A stretch of DNA of 45,995 bases from a virus (taxonomy: Duplodnaviria; Caudoviricetes). A program made the translations under genes and the position numbers. The notes below the pieces were generated by a model. It made no database searches. It was given only the letters and a program-made list of their open reading frames with translations, and was not told the origin of the DNA. The stretch is taken from IMG/VR virus record IMGVR_UViG_3300048995_000005, positions 1 to 45,995 of that record. One strand, 5' to 3'. Positions 17,882 to 27,300 of this stretch are shown here, piece by piece (positions within the stretch are counted from its first letter, which is position 1; each line of letters opens with the position of its first letter).

Positions 17882-18856
17882 CTAGTTGAAGTCGATGCTG
17901 GAAGTCGTCTCGGCGCGGATCAGCGCCTCGTTGCGGTAGATCTTCCAGCCCGCCACGCCGTACCAGCCCAGAGGCCGGAAACGGGCCAATTTGTCCACAA
18001 TTGGCCCGGCCACGACATGAAATTCATCGGCCACGGCCTCCGCCAGGGCCTGCTGGCCCGCGTAGTACGTACGGAAGCGGCGCACGGTGTTGTCGCCGGT
18101 TCCGGCGTCCACGGCGTTGTAGCAACGCGGGGACTCGATGTAGTAGGCGCCCTCGTAGGCGCCGATCTCACCGGCCCAGATGTTGCCCGCGGCGGAGTAG
18201 TTGTGCGGGTCGCGCCAGGCAGCCGCACCGGTCTCCGCGCGAAGGTCGTGGGAGACCTCCGGGTGGATGCCGCACCAGTACAGGCCCGACTTGCGGGGAA
18301 CGGCCTTGTTGGTGCGCAGCTTCACCGGAGCGATGCGGGCGATGGCGGAGTTGAACGTGTCGGTGTTCGTCATCGTGGTGCCCACGGGCAGCGAGACCGT
18401 ACCGGTGGTCACGTAGGAGACCGTGCCGGCCTTGCGCTGGATGACGTTGGTGCCCGAGCGGAGCTCGGTCTGCACCACGGTGTCGATGCTGTCTGCGGCG
18501 TTGAACGCGATGATGTTCGCGATAGCCGGGTCCACGTCGGTCAGCGAGTACAGGTACAGCTTCCGGGTCCGGAGGATCGGGTTGCCGTACTCGTTGAGCG
18601 TGAGCGTGGTGGTGGTCGGGTTGCCCATCGCCACCGAGTCGGGGTCGGTCGTCTCGGTGAGTGCGGTGGTGGCAACCGCCAGATCCTGGTAGCGCTCCAG
18701 CACGATCGAGCCGCCGGGGGCGGTCGTGTCAGCGGGGCGCTTGTCCGCGATGGCGCGGAACAGGGGCTGGCTGCGAAGAGCGAACTCGAAGCGCTTGTCG
18801 TACGCGGTCTGGACCGCGTTGGACATGGCGCTTGTGTCTGTATAGGCGTTAGCCAT
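17882..18856 (-). CDS. Major capsid protein (N4-gp56-like)
   Basis: LNEYGN, IHPEVSHDLR, GEIGAYEG, VDKLARFRPLGWYG; follows the scaffold gene. Confidence 0.9.
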   Translation of the reverse strand: MANAYTDTSAMSNAVQTAYDKRFEFALRSQPLFRAIADKRPADTTAPGGSIVLERYQDLAVATTALTETTDPDSVAMGNPTTTTLTLNEYGNPILRTRKLYLYSLTDVDPAIANIIAFNAADSIDTVVQTELRSGTNVIQRKAGTVSYVTTGTVSLPVGTTMTNTDTFNSAIARIAPVKLRTNKAVPRKSGLYWCGIHPEVSHDLRAETGAAAWRDPHNYSAAGNIWAGEIGAYEGAYYIESPRCYNAVDAGTGDNTVRRFRTYYAGQQALAEAVADEFHVVAGPIVDKLARFRPLGWYGVAGWKIYRNEALIRAETTSSIDFN

Positions 18857-18902
18857 GGTGGCCTCTCACCCCCTCCGGGGTGCCGTAGTGAACGGGGAGA
18901 GG

Positions 18903-19436
18903 TCAGGACCAGTCGTAGGGACTGCCGTGCGACTGCATGAGCTGGTTGAACTCTTCTGGGGTCTGGCACGCCGCGAGAGCGGCAGCCAGCTCCTTGTCAG
19001 AGCCCTGTGGAGGGGCCACGCCCTGCGTGCCCTGCTCCGCCATGCGTTGCATCTGCTCCTGACCCGAAGCCGGAACGACGGAGACCGGAGGCCCCGTGGG
19101 GGCCTGCTCGCCCTGCTGCCCTTCCTCGCCGGGAGCGGCGGGGAGCTTGGCCAGGGCGCCGCCATTGGCGGTCAGCCAGTCGTCCAGCTTGGCGGGGTCG
19201 CCCTGATACAGGCCTGCGGCCTGCGGTGCGTACCCCTTCGCCTTGAGCGCGTCCTCTACCTGGCCTTTGACCTGAGCTGCCTTCAGGCGGTCGTTCTCCG
19301 CCTTCAGCTCGCTTACCTGACTGGAGAGCTTGTCCAGGCCCTCGCGGAACCACTTGGGTCCCTGGGGCTGGCTCTGTGTCTCGCCCAGGTCCGACTCATC
19401 GCCGGAGGGGTCGTAGCCAAAGCTGTACTCGCTCAC
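18903..19436 (-). CDS. Capsid scaffolding protein
   Basis: Acidic, coiled-coil; directly upstream of the capsid gene. Confidence 0.8.
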   Translation of the reverse strand: MSEYSFGYDPSGDESDLGETQSQPQGPKWFREGLDKLSSQVSELKAENDRLKAAQVKGQVEDALKAKGYAPQAAGLYQGDPAKLDDWLTANGGALAKLPAAPGEEGQQGEQAPTGPPVSVVPASGQEQMQRMAEQGTQGVAPPQGSDKELAAALAACQTPEEFNQLMQSHGSPYDWS

Positions 19437-19544
19437 TGCGCACTCCCGTTCATCGGTCGCGGCCTGCTCGCCCTCCGGGGGAAGGGGTCACGCTCCGCTG
19501 CCGGCCTTGTCCTGGGACGGGGCCGGTCGGTCCGTCGGGCGGGG

Positions 19545-19575
19545 AATGTACGCGCGCTAGCGCTATTCCGCTAGC
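19545..19575 (-). promoter_or_regulatory. Putative late promoter (GCTAGC-N8-GCTAGC-N5-TACATT)
   Basis: Same architecture as 35335-35365; sits between a terminator and the scaffold gene. Confidence 0.7.
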
Positions 19576-19603
19576 ACTGTTAGTTGAAAGCCGTACAGAC
19601 ATG

Positions 19604-19630
19604 AAAAACCCCGCCCACAAGGGGCGGGGT
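19604..19630 (-). terminator. Terminator ending the terminase-to-ejection-protein transcript
   Basis: ACCCCGCCC/GGGCGGGGT stem with a T run on the minus strand. Confidence 0.75.
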
Positions 19631-19712
19631 GGGTTGGATGGCGGCTGCCCTTCTCAGCACTCTTCACGGTCTCCCGCTGGCGCCGGAACAGCTCTGACCT
19701 AGTGCGAGGCCA

Positions 19713-20915
19713 TCACGTCTGAGAGTACCCGGCGTTCAGGCCCGCGCTGGAGGAGCCCTGCTGGCCCGCGAACTGGGCCCGCTCCTGGGAGCGGAGCCGC
19801 TTGCCCTTCTCCGAGGCGCTCTCGGCCCCCACGGAGGCCGCAGCGCCCGGCGTGAACACTTCCTGCTCCGCCTGCTGCTGGTTCCACGTGGTGCCGTAGC
19901 GGCCCGCGATGCCGAGCATGGACTCGAAGCCGTCCGCGATCTGCGCGTACGCCTGCTCCGCCTGATCGGCCGTGATGCCGATCGTGGCGTACCCCTCCAG
20001 GTCCAGCGTGGAGGTCTTGAAGCCGCGGCGGATGGCCGCGGCGCCGATGGCGCCCGCTGCTGCCTGCTTCTTCAGGATCGGCTCTGCGGTCTTCCGGTCC
20101 AGGAAGTACGCCGCGAGGTCGGCCTCGTTGATCCCGTACATCTGGTACAGGGCCTGCTTGTACTGCGGGTTGGCCTGGCCGGTGGCGGCCACCGCCAGGT
20201 CCACGCGGTCCTTGATCTCCGTCGGAGAGACGTCCCCTGCTATCCAGTTCTGGAAGTCGGCCGGGTTGTCATAGAAGCCCTTCGGCAGCCCAGCGGAGCT
20301 GAGGATCTGCCGGTACGACGCCTCGGTCGCCAGGTAGTCAGCCGGGTTCAGCACGGCCAGGCCCGCCTTCGCGCGGGCGTCATTGGCCGCGAAGCGGGTC
20401 TTGTACTCCTTGGTGTCCTGGAGCAACAGGCCGATGGTGTCGGCCCCGTAGCCCTGCTTCACGTAGTCGAAAATCTTGCCCGCAAGGGAGTCCAGGCCGT
20501 ACTGGCCGAAGAGGCTCTTGAGCGCCAGGTACGCGTCCCGGTTGTCGCCCTTCAGCAGCTTGTCGTACTGGCCGCTGGCCTCGTAGACCTTGTTCTGGAG
20601 GGCGCCCTGATTCTTGATCGAGGCCTTCTGGGCCGTGCTCTGCGACTTGATGTACGCATTCTGGGCGGCGATCTCCCTCTGGAGCGCCGCCTTCCGCGTC
20701 CCCGAGATGTGCTTGTCCTTGAGCTGGGCCTCAAGGCGGGTCAGCCTGTGGTGGGCTGCACCGATGTTCATGGCGTTCTGGTGACCGCGGATCTTCTCCT
20801 TGGTCAGGTTGCCCTTCGCCTTGTTGACCGCTGCCTGGTCGACCTGTCCGGGCTCGGGGAGGTCCAGCTCGTTCTGGAACTCGTCCGGGACGTTCTGCTG
20901 CACGGGACTCGACAT
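19713..20915 (-). CDS. Probable internal virion (ejection) protein
   Basis: Helical, Ala/Gln-rich; context. Confidence 0.65.
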   Translation of the reverse strand: MSSPVQQNVPDEFQNELDLPEPGQVDQAAVNKAKGNLTKEKIRGHQNAMNIGAAHHRLTRLEAQLKDKHISGTRKAALQREIAAQNAYIKSQSTAQKASIKNQGALQNKVYEASGQYDKLLKGDNRDAYLALKSLFGQYGLDSLAGKIFDYVKQGYGADTIGLLLQDTKEYKTRFAANDARAKAGLAVLNPADYLATEASYRQILSSAGLPKGFYDNPADFQNWIAGDVSPTEIKDRVDLAVAATGQANPQYKQALYQMYGINEADLAAYFLDRKTAEPILKKQAAAGAIGAAAIRRGFKTSTLDLEGYATIGITADQAEQAYAQIADGFESMLGIAGRYGTTWNQQQAEQEVFTPGAAASVGAESASEKGKRLRSQERAQFAGQQGSSSAGLNAGYSQT

Positions 20916-20916
20916 G

Positions 20917-22209
20917 TCAGTACGCCAATCCAAAGTCCTTGGCGACCTGGCGGGCCACCGTCATCATGCTTTCGCGGGCGTTGTTGGTCTTGCGCCAGAG
21001 CGGGTCAGCCCGCACCTCGTTCTCGAACTGCCACAAGGGCATCTGAGAGCCGCTCTCCGCGCCCTTGGCGACCCTGGCCGTCATCGCCTTGGCGATGTGG
21101 TTGTTGAAGAGATCCATGTCCGTCTCGGGCAGCTCCAGGAGCGTGGCCGCGGACTTGATGTACGGCGCGGCCAGGTCCATGACGTTCTGCCCGGCGTTGA
21201 TCTGCTCCGCGAAGGCGCCGTAGCGGGCCGCTGCGGCCTTGCGGATGCCTGCCTCTACGTTCTCCAGCGTGGACTTCCCGGAGACCACGGAGACGGCGTT
21301 CTTCTTGTACCAGTCGCTGCTGTAGCGCATGCCGTTGAGGTACGCCAGCTCGTGGAACTTGTCGAAGGCCTCGCCGGCTTCGCCCCACATCACGCCGCCG
21401 TGCGTGGACGCCTTGGAGCCCAGCCAGTCCTTGATCCGGGCATCGCTCCAGCCGAGGGCCAGTGAGTTGTAGATCGCTGCCTTCAGCAGCTTCGAGGACT
21501 TGCCCTTGGTGATCTGGTTGCCCAGGCCGACGGTGACGGCCAGCTGGTTGACCTTGTACTGAGCATTGCCCCAGTTCTGCTTGAAGGTTGCGGGGTCTGT
21601 GAACTTGGTGGTGAGGTACTTCCGCAGCGTGCTGCTCTGCGTACGCCACCACTTGGAGTTCTTCAGCTGCGCACCGAACTTGGCGGCGCTCCAGCCGCCG
21701 GAGACGGCCTTGTTGAAGAGGTTCTTCAACTCCTTGGAGGAGTTGATCAGGGCGGCCGACAGGCCGTACTGCGAGGCCAGCTCGTCCTTGTCGAGCTTCG
21801 GCGTCACCGTGCCCGTCCCTGCGTACCCGGAGCCCGTGTAATAGCCGCCGCTGGAGTTGCCCACCTGAGCGCCGGAACCGCCGTAGTACGTCTTGTACGC
21901 GCCATTGCCGTATGTCGACCACGGGCCCCAGTTCTTGCCCCCGTTCGACATCTTGTAGGCGACTTTGGCGTTCGTGAGCGGGTCGAAGAGAGCCTCGTTC
22001 GAGGACAGGCCGTAGCGGCTTCTGCGCTCCGGCCCCATGCCCCCCAGCATGTTGATCTGGAAGAGGCCGTACGAATTGTCGCCCGTACCGGCGTTGCCGT
22101 TGTGCGCGCGGGCGTTGCCCGAGGACTCGGCCATGGCGATGGCGTAGGCCATCTTCAGGCCCTCGCCGCGGAATCCTGCCTGTTGCAGGATGCTCATGAG
22201 GCTCGCCAT
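20917..22209 (-). CDS. Virion protein with an N-terminal lytic transglycosylase (SLT-like) domain
   Basis: IAMAESSGN..SYGLFQINM..DPLTNAKVAY..WGPWSTY. Confidence 0.85.
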   Translation of the reverse strand: MASLMSILQQAGFRGEGLKMAYAIAMAESSGNARAHNGNAGTGDNSYGLFQINMLGGMGPERRSRYGLSSNEALFDPLTNAKVAYKMSNGGKNWGPWSTYGNGAYKTYYGGSGAQVGNSSGGYYTGSGYAGTGTVTPKLDKDELASQYGLSAALINSSKELKNLFNKAVSGGWSAAKFGAQLKNSKWWRTQSSTLRKYLTTKFTDPATFKQNWGNAQYKVNQLAVTVGLGNQITKGKSSKLLKAAIYNSLALGWSDARIKDWLGSKASTHGGVMWGEAGEAFDKFHELAYLNGMRYSSDWYKKNAVSVVSGKSTLENVEAGIRKAAAARYGAFAEQINAGQNVMDLAAPYIKSAATLLELPETDMDLFNNHIAKAMTARVAKGAESGSQMPLWQFENEVRADPLWRKTNNARESMMTVARQVAKDFGLAY

Positions 22210-23501
22210 CAGCGCGTCAACCCCATGTCTGTCAGTACCTGACGCCCGATGTTCATCGTCTTGTCCGCCACGGCCGTGGTCTTGCGCCAGCTCGGGTCAT
22301 TGCGCACCAGCTGCGTGAAGTCGTGCAGGTCCATCGGCTCCGCTTGCCCCTTGCTGTTCGCGCGGTTCAGGGCCTGCTTCACCTTCGGTGAGAAGGCGTT
22401 GACGTCCGTCTCCGGAACGCCCAGCTCCTGGGCCACCACCTGGACGTAGGGCTGGGCCAGATCCTGGATGCTGGCCCCCGCCTTGATCTGTTCGGCGAAA
22501 GCGGGGTAGAGCCCCGCGCTCTGCTCGCGAAGGCTGCCCTGGATCTTCTCCATGCTCGTCAGGCCCCGCACGAGGTACTGCGCGTTGTTCAGGACGGACT
22601 GCTCGGTGACGGCTACGCCGTTCTTGTACGCCTCGTCCTTGATGGCCTTGGCCGCCTGGCCGGCGAGACCGCCCAGCGTGTGATCCTTGCCGAAGCTCAC
22701 GTACTGGCCCAGGAAGTTCGTGACCTGGGCCTCTTCCCAGCCGTACCAGACCATGTTCTTGGCGAGCTTCTCCACGTTCTTGTCAGAGAGGATGGCGCCC
22801 GCCTTCACGGCCATCTGCCTGGCCGCCACGCGGGCGGCCTCCATCGAGGCCCTGTAGGTCGCTGGGTCGGTCTTCTGCAAGACCTGCGCCTCGCGCGTGG
22901 TCTTGGAGTTCTTCTTCCACCAGGTGGAGTTCTTGATCTCGGCCTGGAACTTCTCCGGGGTCCACTGCCCGGCCACGGCGCCCTTCAGCATCTTCATCAG
23001 CTCGGGCTGGGACTTGAAGAACGCGTACGACATGCCGTACGTCTCGGCCAGCTCGTTGGCGTCCAGGCGCGGAGCAACCTCTTCGGCGAACCCGCCACCG
23101 GCCGTGGGCGACGCGGAGACGCCGGGAACCCGGCGTCCGCCCATCCAGCGGTCCATGTAGTAGCCCTCGGCCAGGGACGAGATCTTCACGCCCTGGCCGG
23201 GCTGCGGGCTGTGGATGAACTTGCCGCCGCCTATGTAGATGCCGACGTGATCGGCACCCTTCAGCTTGCGGTCGGTGTCGAAGAACACCAGATCGCCGGG
23301 GCGCAGCTTGTTGGGCTGCACCGAGTAGCCCACCTGGATCTGGTTGTACGAGGTCCGCGGCAGGCTGATGCCGTTCTTGCCGAAGATATAGCTGACCAGC
23401 CCCGAGCAGTCGAAACCGCTGTTCGGAGTCGAGCCGCCCCATGCGTACTTCGTGCCCAGGTACTGCCGGGCCTGGCTGGCAATGTCGTCTCCGCTCGCCA
23501 T
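22209..23501 (-). CDS. Virion protein with an N-terminal NlpC/P60 peptidase
   Basis: YAWGG..GFDCSGLV..LPRTS..PGDLVFF..HVGIYIGGGKFIH. Confidence 0.9.
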   Translation of the reverse strand: MASGDDIASQARQYLGTKYAWGGSTPNSGFDCSGLVSYIFGKNGISLPRTSYNQIQVGYSVQPNKLRPGDLVFFDTDRKLKGADHVGIYIGGGKFIHSPQPGQGVKISSLAEGYYMDRWMGGRRVPGVSASPTAGGGFAEEVAPRLDANELAETYGMSYAFFKSQPELMKMLKGAVAGQWTPEKFQAEIKNSTWWKKNSKTTREAQVLQKTDPATYRASMEAARVAARQMAVKAGAILSDKNVEKLAKNMVWYGWEEAQVTNFLGQYVSFGKDHTLGGLAGQAAKAIKDEAYKNGVAVTEQSVLNNAQYLVRGLTSMEKIQGSLREQSAGLYPAFAEQIKAGASIQDLAQPYVQVVAQELGVPETDVNAFSPKVKQALNRANSKGQAEPMDLHDFTQLVRNDPSWRKTTAVADKTMNIGRQVLTDMGLTR

Positions 23502-23504
23502 GGC

Positions 23505-24398
23505 CTACTCCGGAGCGCCGAAGACGAGGGACTCCAGGGCGTTCTGGTAGGTCGTCGCGGCCTGGAAGGCCCCGTACTCCTTCTTCTTCTTGACCTGCTG
23601 CTCGCCGAGGTACGCCTTGCCCTCAGCGCTCACGCCACCGGAGGACGCCGTGGAAGAGCTGAGCGCCTGCCCGGTGTCCATGTCGTATGTGGTGGTCGTG
23701 TTCGCCACGACCGGTGAGTTCTGCTCAGCGGAGTGCAGGGCGCTCGCGAAGTTGCCCAGCTCGCCCGCTCCGGGGTCGCGGCCCATCATGTCCTGGAAGA
23801 GCTTGGTGGCCACGGCCTTGGCCGTGTCCGGGTCCGTGAGGTCCACGCGCGAGCTGGTCTCCAGCGCCTGCCCGTTGCCCAGGTACTTGCCGGGGCCCTT
23901 GTACCGGCGCTGCCCCGTCTGTGTGTTGATCTCCCATACGCCTTGCTGCGTCCAGGCGTTGCCACCCCCGGAGGCGCCCACATACGTGGCCAAGATGTCC
24001 CAGGGCGTGACCTTCTTGCCGGCGGAGCCGAACTGTGCGGCCAGTGAGACAAGCTTCTTCCAGTCCGCCGCGCCCTCCTGAAGGCCCGCGCCCAGCGGCA
24101 GGCGCCCAGCCAGGATGCCCTTCGATATGAAGTCGCCCTGCTTCTTGGCTGACCAGTAGAAGAAGTCCTTGGTGGCCTCCTCCTCGGTCATCGTGATGTC
24201 CTTGGTGCCGTACATGGTCTTGCCGCGGGGCAGCTGGCCACCGCTGCCCTTGTCCATGCCGCCCTTGGTGTAACGCTCCGAGCCCATGTAGACGACCCCG
24301 CCGCCCGCGGAGGCGGACGGGCCAGAAGCCAGGGACAGCAGCGCCTGCATCATGACCGGGTCTACGCCGCCGGGGCTCTTGCTCGATGCGACGGCCAT
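23505..24398 (-). CDS. Probable internal virion protein
   Basis: Context; coding bias. Confidence 0.65.
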   Translation of the reverse strand: MAVASSKSPGGVDPVMMQALLSLASGPSASAGGGVVYMGSERYTKGGMDKGSGGQLPRGKTMYGTKDITMTEEEATKDFFYWSAKKQGDFISKGILAGRLPLGAGLQEGAADWKKLVSLAAQFGSAGKKVTPWDILATYVGASGGGNAWTQQGVWEINTQTGQRRYKGPGKYLGNGQALETSSRVDLTDPDTAKAVATKLFQDMMGRDPGAGELGNFASALHSAEQNSPVVANTTTTYDMDTGQALSSSTASSGGVSAEGKAYLGEQQVKKKKEYGAFQAATTYQNALESLVFGAPE

Positions 24399-27300
24399 TA
24401 CGCCTCCTCCATGTTCATCCCGAGGTCCCGCGACAGATAGCGATGGAAGAGGTCACCGAAGCGGGTGTCCGACTCCACAAGGCCGTCCACGATGCGGCCC
24501 CAGGCCGTGGCCAGGTCGGTATTGCTCTTCGCGGCGAGCATCGCGGAGCCGCCCGCCTTGTCCCGCTGCGCGAGCGTGGTCGTCAGGGCCTTGCGGTAGC
24601 CCAGGTACTCCTGGAGCTTGCGCAGGTCGGAGCGGTTCTTCAGCTGCGCGAGGTCGGAGTGGGCGACGGCCGTCAGGCCGGGGATCATCCGGTCGTAGCG
24701 CTTGGCGTCGATCGTGTAGAAGTCCCTGCTCCACTGCTCGTTGTAGTACGGGTTCTGGCTGCCGTCGGGCAACAGGGGGTTGCCGAGGAGCTTGGAGATG
24801 GCCGAGCGCATGCTCTTGAACTGCTCAGCTCCCGCGTCCTCGAAGGAGTCGTAGCCGGCCGAGTGCATCTGCGCCGTGATGGCGTTGCTGAGCTGCGTGA
24901 ACTTCGCCCAGCCCAGGCGCCGCTGGTTCTCCTTCATCGCGTCGTCCGCGCTCAGGTGCGTGCGCTGCATCTCCGCCCCGCCGGGCGTGAGGGGCGTGCT
25001 GAGCTGGTAGGCGTACGCCTCCGGCGAGAAGGGCCCGTTGCCCTCAGGACCCACGATCAGGGCCGCCAGGTCGGGGTTCTTGGCGATCAGGCCCGCGTAC
25101 TTCTGTGTGAGCTCCGCGGCCTTCTTCGTGGCCGGAACACCGCCCGCGTTCTCGGTGCTCGCCTGGGCGAAGATGAAGTAGCTCTCGTCGAAGCGCTTGA
25201 GGAACTCCTCATCCGCCGTCAGCGGGTTCTTGCGCCGCAGGGCGTTGTACTGGTCCCGGTAGAACTGGTACTGGTCGGGCTTCTGCGTACTGAAGGGCTG
25301 CGTCCAGGCGCTGACCGCGCTGAACATCCAGTAGTTGCGCGTGCGGTCCGCGATCTCCTGAGCGGACGGCATGGGCTTGCCGAGGTTCGCGTGCTCGTAC
25401 GCGGCCTTCTGCATGATCTGGAGCTTGATGCGCTGGTACCGGTCGTCCGACGTGTCGAAGGCCGTCAGGAAGTTGCGCGCGTACGCCGGCACGCTCTGCT
25501 GAACCAGCGTGTCGGTGATGCCGCCCGGCGTGGGGCCGAACGGCAGCACGCCCAGGTGCCGCAGCAACTCCGCCTGCTTCGGCTTGTCCTTCACCAGCAT
25601 GGAGGCGGGGATGGACACGATCGGCCCGGTGCCCGGGTTGAACCAGGGATCTCCCTGGGTGATCAGGTTCATGGAGTCCTGGGAGATCTTCCAGTTCCCG
25701 GAGCTGTCCATGCCCCAGATCTTGCCGATCGGCCCGTCCGCGATGAACTTGGGCACCCTCGCCATGATCTGGCGCTCGGACTTCGGCACGAACCGCGGGA
25801 CGAGGCGGTTCGCCTTCTCGTCCCAGACCCTCACCGTGCCGTCCTTGTTCAGGACGTTGCCGTCCTGGTCCTGCATCCAGCCCTGGGCAACCGGCCCGTT
25901 GAAGAAGATCGAGGCGTAGCCGACCGTCTGAGGCCGGTCCGCGATGATGCGCGCCCAGCGCTGCCAGGCCTCTGTGGTCGCCGCATAGAACGGCGACATG
26001 AAGCGCAGCATGGCCCCCGCATCGCTCCGGTGGGCGATGTCAAAGACCAGCTTGCGCGTGTCCTTCAGGGCCAGGCGGCGCGCCGTCTCCGCGATACGGT
26101 CGGCGTCCTTCTGCGAGATCTTGACGCCCTGCTTCAGCTCCTGGCCCGCGATGGCGCGGGCGTGGCCCTCGTAGAGCTGGTTGAAGAGCGGATGGCGTGA
26201 CATACGGTCTGCGGGCTGGGAGGCGGCCCACTTGTACCACCAGTCCACCACGCGATCCATGGCGCGCGTGGCGCTGTTGGTGCCCGCCAGGGCCTCTCCG
26301 AGCTGGGCCGAGTGCACGTACTGCGGGTAGATGCCGCCCTTGGCGGCCTCGGTCAGGAGCTCCTGGTCAGCCTCGCCCTTCAGGGCGGCCTCACGGATGC
26401 CGGAGCCGGCGGGCATGTACTCGTCCACCTCGTGCCAGACGGAGGCGGCAATGCGCTCAGGCGTGTCGTACTTGATCCCAAGACGCTTGCGGTACGCCCG
26501 GCCGGCGGGCGTACGCCGCAGCCACTGCGCCATGTCGTTGATCGAGGCGCCCTTGACGGCCCGGGTCGCGAACTCGTCTTGCATGATCTGGTGGTTGATC
26601 GCCTTGTCCCAGGCCTGCACGAAGAGGTTCTCGTTGCCCGGGTAGGAGATCGGCGCAGCGGCCGTGTTCCCGTACGCGCGCTGCAAGTTGCTGTGGATCA
26701 TCTGCTTGTTGCGCTGGAGCAGCGTGCGCAGCGAGTCGTCCGAGCTGATCATCTTCATGTAGTACTCGCCCTGCTTGCCCCCGAGCGCCGGGGGCAGCAC
26801 CACGCCGGGCGCCACCTCGGTCTGCTTGTAGAGCTGCGAGGACTGCCGGAGGCCACGCATACGGGCCTGCTTCGCGGCCTCCGCCGCGCTCACGTGCAGG
26901 TCGCGGTGCGACGCCAGTTCGGCAAGCTGGTCGTCCAGGTCGGCCAGGCGCTGCTTGCGCAGCGGCGAATGACCGGCGAGACGGCTCTCGGCCGTCGTCA
27001 CGCCCTTGTCGAGCTTGCTGACCAGCTGCTGCATCGCGGCGTGCTTCACGGCGTCGGCCGCCGGGTCCATCGCGGCCAGCTTGGCCTGGGCGCGCGAGGC
27101 GCGCCCCTTGGCGCGGCTCAGGTCCGTCTTGTGGACGGCCTCACGCTGCGCGATGGTCTCCCGCAGTCTGTCGGCCGTGGGCTGGAGGGCCTTGACCTCG
27201 TCATCCGCATACCTGATGCCCTCGCGGGCAGCGGCCTCGGCTCCCGCGTAATGGCTGGACGGCTTCCAGTGGAAGAGGTTGGTGGCCAGGTTCTTGACGC

